From Phoronis australis (Eukaryota; Animalia; Phoronida), in NCBI GenBank assembly GCA_002633005.1, contig NMRA01000030.1, forward strand, positions 381,980 through 445,979: 64,000 nt of DNA, written 5' to 3'. Shown in pieces: positions 47,830-59,400 of the stretch. Position 1 is the first letter of the stretch; each line of letters begins with the position of its first letter. The notes beneath the pieces are model-generated. The model had not been told where the DNA came from. It searched no databases and saw only the letters and a list, made by a program, of their open reading frames with translations. The translations under genes were made by a program, and so were the position numbers.

Positions 47830-47980
47830 AATTGCGAACATTTTGTCCTGTCCGCACGCCATCTTTTTGGTCACATCACGTGACCTAATGAATATACATG
47901 TAAGTCCGAAAAGATTTCTGCCCCCAACCGGGACTGGAACCCAGGACCTTCAGCTAACCGTGCAGAATTCTTCAGCTTCG
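47830..47980 (-). mobile_element. tRNA-derived SINE fragment
   Basis: Minus strand GAAGGTCCTGGGTTCCAGTCCCGGT is B-box/T-arm-like; no intact 5' half. Confidence 0.4.
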
Positions 47981-48099
47981 TTTATGAACTATAGAAACAC
48001 ATTTCTCATTCTAAGCGAGAAATTTCCTAAATAAATTAATCAAAGATTCTGAATCTGTGGAAAAGACCCTCTTTTTATCATGTGTGTCGTACCCGTTTT

Positions 48100-48418
48100 C
48101 CACACACAGAGATAAAGGAACAAACAGGAGTCATGGACTTAATCAAGACAATTCCGAAATTGAAATGGACGGTGGGGCGGACAGGTCGCCAGAGCACAGG
48201 ACAACAGATGGACAAAAAGATGCACAGAGTGGCAACCCAGATATGGAAAGAGATCAAAAGGACGGCACCAAGCCAGATGGAGAGATGCCATTGTGAGGAC
48301 GAGAGACAAAACGTGGATGAGAGCGGCAAGAGACAGAACAAATTGGAAGGCATTGTGGGAGGGTTACATCCTGCAGTGGATGGACAGCGCCTAGAGTCAG
48401 AGTCAGAGTCAGTCAGTC
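48100..48418 (+). mobile_element. 5'-truncated RTE-clade LINE 3' end with (AGAGTC)n tail
   Basis: TEIKEQTGVMDLIKTIPKLKW, then a frameshift, then WGGQVARAQDNRWTKRCTEWQPRYGKRSKGRHQARWRD..W..AARDRTNWKALWEGYILQW. This is the typical RTE ORF C-terminus; it is followed by TAG and a short tandem-repeat tail. Confidence 0.85.
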
Positions 48419-51400
48419 GTACCCGTTGCGCGGTGGCATGGCACGATCCTTACACGTTCATGCGAGCAAGTGTAGAGTCGTACTGGCGCTGATGCATGTT
48501 GACTGCAACTCGAATTAACAAACTGTTTAGTTGTCTGAGACTACAAAAAGAGATAGATATTGACAGCGTTTTGAGAAGATAAATCCTGGGACGATGGAAT
48601 TTGGAAGCGTATTAAACTGATGTGTGTTTCAATGCGCAAAGTTGAATTTGTATTGAGTTAAACGTACTGTGAGTTTGTCTTTTGTTACGTTTCCTTTATT
48701 GGCAATAATGTACTGAAAACTTATTGCGTCGTTCACTGCTGACTGTTGTTCCGACGCCATTATTTTTTGAGCGGCATTGTCATCAAAAGCTCCACTGTTT
48801 TAGAAATTCGAACTACCCCTTGCGTAATCCTGGCTAGGGGCCTGTGTACGAAGTTTTTCTATGGTTATCAAAGATTTAAAACGTGCAAACTCGGAAATGT
48901 GACCCTGAGTCACGAAAAATTGCGCGCTCTAGTTTGCAAGCTAGTACAAAGCTGATCAGAATCTCTGCCACACAAAGTAGGTTTTTAACACTCGTGAACT
49001 TGCTCGAATAAAGCTTACGTTTACCACTGCATGCACCAATTCCTTTGCACCACCAGGACATATTTTGATAATGTAGCTCTACCCATATATACTAATAGTT
49101 TCAGTTATTGGTTTTGAGCTTGTGGGACTTAGAAACCGTAACTATGATAGGCGTGGCCTAGTTGAGTTTGTTGGAACCACCCCGTTGAAGCCAAGCTTTG
49201 TTTCCTTACAGGAAAGTGATTTTCCAGGTAGTTGTTCTTGCTACAAGACTTGTTGTTTTCTCGTTAAGAAGTCATTTCATTGACTACAACTGAAAATCTA
49301 TAGCTCTACGAATGTCCCCACACGGAAATCGAAAGCAGTACAATGCATTCTGGATAGGAGCATTATCGTCTAAAGGCACTATAAACCACCTTACGCCGGT
49401 GTTAAATATAACCAGTTTTTTTAAATGCGTAACAATTTTCATTTTACAAGAACACGACTATGGCATGACCCCAGGGCCTCAAATCTGTGGGTTAGCTCAG
49501 AAGACCTAGTGTAGATCATGTTAGTATTTTCTGTTAATTTTCGAATCAAAGTTTTTTGGACAGCGTTGTTTCAGTACGTTACAGGGTGTTGGTCGCTGAC
49601 ATTAGTTTTGGTCACCTGCTCTGCATTGTGTTAAAATCTGGAGGCAATGTAGGTTTGAAGAAAAAACGAGGCATTGTTGCGACACAGTATTGCGTCAAAT
49701 CAAACATTTTCTGCGCTCATATCACGGGACCCGCTCCTAAAATTAGCCTTAGTTTGTTTGTGTTTCCACAGCAATGGCATTACGATCTTATACTTTGGTG
49801 GAAAGAAACTGCATACAACCTGCAATAAATCGCCTGTAATTCCTACATGGCCACAATGTATTGGCCACTGAAACTAACCCGGCCAGACAAGCAAGGTCAC
49901 AAAGATGGACCAACACTGTGGTAAACAAAATACAAATGGATTTTAAATACTGCTTTATTTAATATCATGGTTAGGATTTTTGTTACAAATGCTTTCTAGA
50001 AATCATATTGCCATGTTCAGAGAAAAGGTAGTCTAACAGTTCCTCCAAACTCCATGGCAAATATACAAGATCTTCATATAGTGAAGGCAAATTACAACAG
50101 GTTGTCATGACAATGAGGCAATAGTGGAATAGACAGGTTATGACAGTTGCTTTACACACCCAGAAAAAATAAAGAAAACAACAGAATAGACCAGAAAGAT
50201 ATCATAAAAATAAAATTAGTGTCTTTAAGATACGATACTGCATGGTGTTAGAAAAATATACAAGTCTTTCGATATCAAAATGCCTTAGAAAAGTTCTTCA
50301 ACATCCTTTCACAACACCCAAGATCAACAACCAAAATGACCTGTCGTCATGACAACCTGCCACAGCACAATTCAGTAATCTTAAATAATCAATTAATGTG
50401 AATAAAATAATATCAAACTAAATAAATATAATATTTTAAAACTACCAGAGTTAAATAGTGAGCACTACTCTACGTTTTTGATTAAATATTTTTAATATAA
50501 CATTGTGAATTTATCCTCTACCTAATGCAAGATTAGCTACCCTTAAGCAATTAGTAATGGTTATTACACAAGACGTTGCTATAGCAACAAGAGATTCACC
50601 CTCCAAAAGGAGAGAATACAACCATTTACTTCTGAATTGAAAATGTTTACCATTGAAATAATTTTAATTCTAATTAATAACCATCACAATTTGATGCGGT
50701 GGGGGGTAAAGCAGAGAACGGATTCATGCTAAGCCTTCGTAGACGTTGATCACTAGGTCAACAATCAGCATTACAAATTCGATGACTTTGACCAAAGTAA
50801 TATCATGAACACAATAATGTCGCCTCCATCTCTAATCTCCAATTTCATGAACATATTATCTTGATATATATTTATATTTACTGAACATTACACTTTAAAG
50901 TTCTATATTCTTAACAATTCCTCCTGACATCAGAAGTCTAATGAGAAATTATCCACATAAACTTCTATACGGTGCAACCTCCACAACAACTTCGGTCAAT
51001 TGCAGTAAAATAAATTAATAAATTAAAACAAAAATTCACAGTAAAACACACTTCAAATGAGATTTTAAGAATATTGCACATTCTTGTAAATGAAAGAGAT
51101 CACAAGAAGCTTACATGGAATTTTCATATCGCCTGTAAACAGATACATGGGCACAGTGTTTATGAAGCCAACACAAGTCCTTTAGTAAACAAAACCAGAC
51201 ATGGCAACCAGAAAAAAGGCATACAACCAAATACTTCTTGCAAAACTAAAGTCATTGATGAGTTTATGTTTACCACATATACAAAAGTACAAAAAACAAA
51301 CTGAAATAATTGTTAACCATTAAAATGTGAATCCTTGGAGAAGAAAAGTTTGCAGTGTTAATGTAGTTAACACAATGGGGGGTGATGTTCATTTGTTCTA

Positions 51401-54400
51401 ACAACAGTTTCACAACAAAATGCAGTCAACCCAACATCTTTGATGTCTGTGCAAAACAAACTATGTACATAAACATGTCTTTGGAAACTTAACAATTCAA
51501 GTTATGAAATGACAACAGTGAAGGGGTCAGTCAGTACAAATGACAAAACCCGGTAACAAACTTAAGAATTTTGTCAGACATTGAGCTGAGACTGAAGGAG
51601 TTCATTGGACGCATAGCGTGTTTCACCAAAAGGAAAGCTATCAGCAACATGTCAACCAATGAACACGCAAAATGCAGTCATTTTTTGTCATTATGTATAT
51701 ACGGTTCTCACAAAGCTTATCATGGGATACATATAAGAAAGTAAACAATCCAAATCATCATTAACAATAGTGATAATTTTCTTCATCAGTTAAACATTAT
51801 GTAGTCAACAAACAATCTCTCATTCACATATGTGTGGCACACTTATAACAACTCTTTTAACATGTCCTGTTACCATGGAAACCATAAAATGTCCAGTACC
51901 TCAGTATCCTGTTTAGCCTCCGAATCCACTTGCAACTTGTCATCTGAAAAAGCAAAATTCAACAATGGTGACATAAAAAGATGACCTTTTCCTGAATAGC
52001 TTCGCATTAAATGTATTCTTCTTGAGACCAATTTTGAGTAAAACTTAATTTGTTCCCTGCAAATTGAACATGTCACATGACCAAGAAATGAGCTGTGAGC
52101 AGTATGGAGAAGCCATTACATTAAAAACTTAACTGATATTATTGTGATAAATATTTGACATTTTAAATCATCTGACTTTTTTGAGGTGTAGACTGCCACA
52201 AAATAGCATAAATGATTCTGGTCAGCACCTGAGTCCTTTTGAAACCTAGACCTCACTGTTTAAAACGTCTACCCGCACCACTTTCAAAGAAGTTTGATTT
52301 TTCAAAAGCAACGCAAAGGTATATATTAAGTTAGATTCATGAACAAAGTGGCTTGTCAACTTAGCAGCAATCTCCTTAATCACGACCATAATCGATTAAG
52401 AACTGGTTTCCAAAAGCAAGCAGTGCTGTTTTGAGTCACCGTCAGCCTCCCTGCCCGAGTCCAGCCAATTGTGTCACTGAACCAATAAAGCCGGGATAAA
52501 ATCCTGCACCACTCACATCAGATTTCTTTTTTTAAATGTGCAACTTGAAAATAGTGCATCATCGCATCAATTCCAGAAACAATTACTGTATTTTGTTTGC
52601 CTAAGAAGATGTGAACTCAAAAACCAGCAAAACTAGGATATAATGTTCCCAAATTATGAGAACCAGTTTGATGCCCGTTAGTCAGTGGAGAAAACTGGTT
52701 TTCAAAATGTGGGCACGTTACATCTATCTATTACCCAAAAACGTGAAGCAAGACTTGAATGGGAGGTGTTGTGACAAAAATGTTGGGTAGTACTTTCATA
52801 ACACGCACGCACACATGAATGAGGCGCAAGGGTCGTCACTCACGAAATGTACACAACGCACAACAATCAAACAGAAACCGTTGAGACAACTTGGAAATAT
52901 GTATGTAGAGCTCAACAGCCAGTCCCGTCAGCAACCAAGGGGAGTGCAGCTTTAACAAAATATTTTAAACAACAACGTAACCTGCACCACGGATAAAGAA
53001 ACAACACTACATTTATTTTATATACTTTGCCAGATTCTTCAATGTTCTGAAGACAGTAGTTTGGCATGATCAAGTCGTAATAAACTCTGATAAAACTGTG
53101 AGTGTATTCTAACACTGCCTAACCTAATACCTAATACATTTCTTCTTTTATACACTTATTGCTCAGACAACAATACAAAGCCAGTCAGAGGTTGCGTGCC
53201 TCAGATCCAGCCTAACCTAATACAAGTTCATATAGTATGATCTCACTAATTTAGCATACAATATGACTGACATGTCAAATTTTTATAATTTCATTTTTCA
53301 TAAATGATATACAGAACCAAAATAATGGTTACCGTAGCCAAATTCATGTTCTGCACTATAGCTACCAGTAGGCAACATTTTGAAAAATTATTGACAAAAC
53401 AAATCATATAAAGATTCTTGCCTATTGGCGGCCTGGTTATTTGAGAACGTAGCTTTTGGACCCATGAAAAATGAAAAAATGCAATTTTGTCAATTATTTA
53501 TGTCCCAAATTAGTGACATTGTAGCATTATACTGTCATTGAAACTCTTCATAACACATTGAAACTCTTCATAACACAAAAACGGGTTTATGTAACCCTTG
53601 TGCCACTCCTTCAGATTTCCAAAACAATGCTTAATTATGAACTTACTAACACACCGGGATTGGAATTTGTTAAGCTAAGGCAACATTCCTCATTCTATGT
53701 TGGCAGGAGTGCAACATCAACTTGAGAGGTTTGACCTCTCACGAACCATCATTTTGGGTGAGCATTCTGGCTCTGTCATGTCATCTCAGGTACGTATTTG
53801 GGAGATGCATAGGTATCATATTGGGAATGTAAAAAAGTGGTAGGGAGTGAGGAATGTAATGTACAACATAACCGATTATTGTCTTGCTGTCCATTTTTCT
53901 AGTTGCTCAGTAACTCTTAACCGAAGCGGATTTGGTTAAGATTTTGGAAGAACAGTGGCTCTCCCTGTTGTGTAGATGAGAACCTAACATAAGGTCTTTA
54001 TGATGCTTTGACTGCAGTTGTAGCATTTAAATCTAACAAACTGCGTTACCAGTTTGACACTTAACAGGGTCTATCTACTAACAATGAAAAAGCACCTTTT
54101 CGGATCAACAGCAGGAGACAAACTGTTACTATGGCAACAACATGAAGGATAAACCATTACCAACAACGACAAACACTAAACCTCAAGTTATATTCCCATC
54201 ATACAACAAACTTCCAATTGAGTCATAAACAGCAATTTGTAAGTGAGTGAAAGTTCGTTAGTCTTCTCGACCCTTCATTTACTTAATTTACTTACAAAGC
54301 CATGAAAACAATTTGTTAAAGAATAATAGATAATACAAATAATTTCAGAAGCATCAAATGTGCAGCAATTTGGTTTGTCAACAAAATCAATGACCAACCA

Positions 54401-55249
54401 AAAGACAGGTCGACTTGGATTGCTCAATCAAAGCTTTATCATAATTTCTATTTACCAAATTACATAGTTTTGGTAGAGGCCTGCTGTTTTTTTACCAAGC
54501 ACCTGCAGAAAATAACAACAATCAGACTTTCACCTTAGCTGTAAGAAAGACCTTATTAAGGTTGGAGATGTCCTGACTTTAGAAGTGTACAAGTCTGAGA
54601 ACACTGTGTAATAGTGAGGTTTGCACTTTTCTTTGCTGATCTAAAATGTATAGAATTGTAATCTTAAAAAAGATACATTCTTGGTGTCCTGCCAATAGGG
54701 GGATCCACTAGGTGACCGTTTATGATTAAATACACCCTTCTCCAACACTGTACGATTAATGCATTGAAAACAGAGACAACTAAAAGACCATGGCAAAGCA
54801 CAACAATATTGAATATGACCACCACCCAAACACTGCTGACGACATCTGACCACTTACTCTAACCAAATGACCACCACAGGGAAAAACTTGGCGACCTTTG
54901 ACCTGAGGCAGAGCCTCTTCTTGAATCTGAGATATGAACACGATTGAATAGAAGAGATTCAGTAAATTGAGATTATCAAGACTTGCTGTAACACACTTTC
55001 TGGCAATTGTCCAACAGAACAGATATCGGTTTACCAATAGTTCTCAAACATCAGCCTATGATGACAACTGGTGCATAGAGATAGAGAACAATGCAGAAAA
55101 AAATCTCAAAGTTCCGACTTGGGCCTTTTTTGTAGAACCAAGAGCAGATGGAAAATTAATCCAGTAGCATATGCAGAAATTTATTGTTGAAAGTAGACAT
55201 GACGGTTTGGGCAACACATTACGCATGACCCATAAGTGCTGTCACAAAT

Positions 55250-55273
55250 CTAGGAACCAATATTGGTTCCTAG
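55250..55273. mobile_element. 24-bp perfect palindrome flanked by a 7-bp direct repeat
   Basis: CACAAAT-CTAGGAACCAATATTGGTTCCTAG-CACAAAT. Confidence 0.7.
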
Positions 55274-55909
55274 CACAAATGAAACAACTCTAATTTGTAG
55301 TGGAATAAGAAAACACACATAAAAGAGCAAATTTTGGAAATATCAGACTCTTGTGCGCCAGATGTGAAACATTACATTTTGGGTAAATATGGTCATGTTG
55401 TATTTCAGAACGGCGCATATTTTGTCTGTCTGGCAATTGTATGTACATTTTACAATAATGTTTTACATTCTTGTTTATATACTGTCCACCTGCAGCAGGA
55501 CTCCGAGTAAAGAATTGACCTGAAACTAGTGACAACTTATACTTTATTTTATTCTAATAAAGATCTTCAGTAACCTGACTATGTCCAAATCAACAGTTAT
55601 CATTACTGACAGACATTTGCATTAACTAAAACTCTCGTCATCAGTCATATTCACACAGCAGCCAAACGTATCACCATTCGAACACATTGGTAGACAAACT
55701 GTGCCTTAACTCCACTAGGTGGTGCTGTCTTCCAAACAAAACATATATAATTAATGTAATAGTAAAGTACAATGAAGTAGACACTCCAATCTTATAACAG
55801 GCCATTGTACATTACAAATTAGTGAACACCATTAGTCACAAGTCATGGTTATGTTCCTCGGTAAAAAGGAAAGAAACAGTTGTTTTGTTAAGCATGCATG
55901 AGTTGATGC

Positions 55910-56058
55910 AATTCAACAAAAACCCAGCCAGGGCCCCCTTCCACCAACTATGACAGTCACAATCAACAAACCCAGCCAGGGCCCCTTCCACCAACTATGA
56001 CAGTCAGAATTCAACAAACCCAGCCAGGGCCCCCTTCCATCAACTATGACAGTCATAA
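55910..56058. repeat. About 50-bp tandem repeat x3
   Basis: TCAACAAACCCAGCCAGGGCCCCCTTCCACCAACTATGACAGTCA units. Confidence 0.9.
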
Positions 56059-56446
56059 TTCACACTTTATTTGATAGATTCAATAGACTTGCGGTAGCTG
56101 TGTTACAAAACAGAAGAAGAATTTCCCGATAACACTCCAACTAGCTCTTTCTTAAAACGCGCAACAAAAAGTGTTTTCTGACAAAAAGTAATCGTTGCTT
56201 GATGGATCCACCTACTCTACTTTTTGGTTACACAAAACAGCAGTATAATTGACTAAGTTCATTAATGGGGATTGAGAGGAACTGGGGTTTACCAAATGTC
56301 ATCGGAGTATTGTCACAAATAAATCATCTAATCTTCTATGACCAAAGATACATCTTTTGACAAAATGAACCGCAGGTTAACTGCAGTCTATCCTGACCCC
56401 TGTCACGTCATCATGACAACTGTCCATAACTCACCACTGACTGGGC

Positions 56447-59400
56447 CTAGTAAGGCTTATTCTGGTCCTTCGGCCTCTTCAGTTGTACCTTCAGACGCTT
56501 CATACCAATCTGAAACCCATTCATATGCTGGATGGCATTCTGAGCACTCAGCTGGTTGTCAAAACTGACGAATCCTGCAACGGTGACATGAGAGTATGTG
56601 AAAGTGATATGAGAGTGTGTACAGGTGATATGAGAGTGTGTAAAGGTGATATGAGAGTGTGTAAAGGTGAAATGAGAGTGTGTAAAGGTGATATGAGAGT
56701 GTGTAAAGGTGATATGAGAGTGTGTAAAGGTGATATGAGAGTNNNNNNNNNNNNNNNNNNNNNNNNNNNNNNNNNNNNNNNNNNNNNNNNNNNNNNNNNN
56801 NNNNNNNNNNNNNNNNNNNNNNNNNNNNNNNNNNNNNNNNNNNNNNNNNGATATGAGTGTGTAAAGGGGATATGAGAGTGTGTAAAGGTGATATGAGAGT
56901 GTAAAGATGATATGAGAGAGTGTAAAGGTGATATGAGAGTGTGTAAAGGTGATATGAGAGTGTGTAAAGGGGATATGAGAGTGTGTAAAGGTGATATGAG
57001 AGTGTAAAGGTGATACGAGACTGTGTAAAGGTCATGCTAGATGCCCGTGTTATATGCCAGAGCATTAGATGAACTGAACAGACGATCATTTCAAATCTAA
57101 TGGTAATAATGAAAAATATCTAAAATGTAGAGGAATTGCTTACCAAGGACAAAGTCTATGGGGATGTGGTGGCAGAATAGTTCAAATATGGTACATTGCC
57201 TAGCCACAACATAAAGACACCAGTTGATAACTTATGAACACAGAACACAAGAAGAAGCAGGCTTCATCTGACCCTGAACCCAAATTTTCATATAAACAAT
57301 CTCCAGCATCTAAAACCATGAGATTTAACAGCACTTGAAAAAAACATCACTCAAATAATGAAGATTACAACTAAGTGTTAAAGGAAGAGAGACCAGCTTA
57401 CCAAAACACTTGCTCTGATTCGTTGCCCGATCCAAGTACACCTTGGCACTGATGACAGTCCCAAAAGTGGCAAACATCTGCGCCAGATCGTTGTCACCAC
57501 ATTCAGCAGGGAGGTGGTAGATAAACAGGTTACAGCCTTCAGGGCCGACCCAGATAACTTCCTTGGTTGCCGAGGGAATGGGCGCAGCAATGGCTGCCGC
57601 AGGTCCCAATGGTGTCTGGGCAAACTGACTCACATAAGCCGCGGGATATGTGGCTAAAATAACAAGGTTTACAAGACATCATTTACAAAACTTACATGTA
57701 CATTTACATTTCAAGCACAGTCTATATCAAGGTTGTGTAAAATCAAATTCAAACATTTTAGAAAAAAGAATTTTCCAAAATAATGTAACTGTAAACACCG
57801 TAAGTTAAAGATACACTTCATTTTGCTCTGTTCTTCTGCCTAAAAAGAAAAAGTAAATTACGGTTGTTCTTTTATCCTCATCAAATTGATCTCTTAATAT
57901 AACTCTGATATGATTCAATTTCTGTTACTAAAGCAAGACACAGGCAGGTGTATAGTTGCTAATAATTTCGAAGTTCTTGTTCGTAACAGAAATAAAATCA
58001 AATCACATTAAGAAATATTACGGCAGCAAGTTATTGAGAACAAAAGGCCTACTTTGACCTTTCAACTTTGACCAGACATTGTATTCACATCTACTGAATT
58101 GAATGCATTGACTGAAGAGATTCGTTTCAGATTTTCCATAACTATAACAACAAAAATGTTGTCTTGACTTAGAGGCTCACCCAATGTGAGTAAGAATTCA
58201 TCAACTAATCACGCAGTTCATAAGGCCAAATTGCTGAGTGACGATGAACACAGAAAATGTAAATCTTAAAAGCCAAAAATGAACACAGGAAACACGGAAT
58301 AGATATTGTCTAACGGTGAAAATGAAACTATGTAACAGAATCAAACAACACCTAAATCTGAATAACATACATGACAACAAATATGAGATCTAGGAATATA
58401 TCACACAACAAATGCAGCGAGTGCAACTGAAGTATATAATGAAACAGGAGAGCTGGTCAAGTCATTTGTTTACAATGTCTTATTGCTGTAAAGAACATGG
58501 GAGAGGCGGAAATATGGGCTTCAGGTGTTTTTATCGAAGACCCCAAGAAACACCAGTCCATTGGAAAATACAATTTAAACGTTTGAACTGAAGGCAAAGC
58601 AGACAAGGATGGACAAAAGTCTATAACTGTCTTCTGAATTTTCATAAATTCAAGTAGTTAAATAGAATTTAGAAAACAGGTAAGAATAATGATGTAATAG
58701 GACACTCTGCAAGATTGATAGGTGCTGGCAACAATGTGTTACAGCACTGATCTGTATGTCACCTGTTGGCCACATCACACGACCAAATATGTCACAACGG
58801 TCAACTAATTAACTGGTATTGCCGCACACTTTCTGAGGTTTAGAGGCAATGGCTATAGTACATTGGTCCACCCATACACTGGTATTGCTGAACACTTTGT
58901 GAGGTTTAGTGGCGATGGCTATAGTACATTGGTCCATCAATTAACTGGTATTGCCGCACGCTTTGTAAGGTTGATTGGCTATAGGTTAAGTCTTACCAGC
59001 AAATTGCTGAACACCGGTGAAGGCTTGCTGAAGAGGTTCACCATTTACGACAGTTTGGACTGAAACAATCATGCAAGCTCAGATTTAGACAGTGGAAGCC
59101 GATGACCGTGAAGACACTTCCAAAGCATGTTTATGACCCAACCGACAACACAGTGGGTGAAAGACAACACCACGCAAATTATTCTCACAACATGGACATT
59201 AAAAGTGAAATTTATATCACCGAGAAAGTTTAGGAGAATTTTTCAAGCCACAGGCAAGTCTGTTTTTTTCTAAAAAAACTCCATAAGTGATATGCAGGCT
59301 AAAAATTTATATATGTAAGGAAAATGCTCCATTCTATTTAACAGCAATGGTGTTCACAGAAAATTTGCTTCAAGAGAAAGCAACAGCTTTCTATGGTTAC

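Larger units (their letters stand above)
49935..56446 (-). promoter_or_regulatory. Probable long CELF 3' region (3'UTR intron plus U/UG-rich UTR) ending near AATAAA 49959-49954
   Basis: Donor-like G|GTGAGT 12 nt after the stop (56434). No credible ORFs; strong strand skew (A/CA-rich on +); minus-strand AATAAA at 49959-49954 followed by a U/GU-rich tract. Confidence 0.5.

Noticed and set aside
56483-57089. Repetitive ORFs (MRVCKGD)n and (LSYHLYT)n
   Set aside because: Translations of the 21-bp intronic minisatellite across an N gap.
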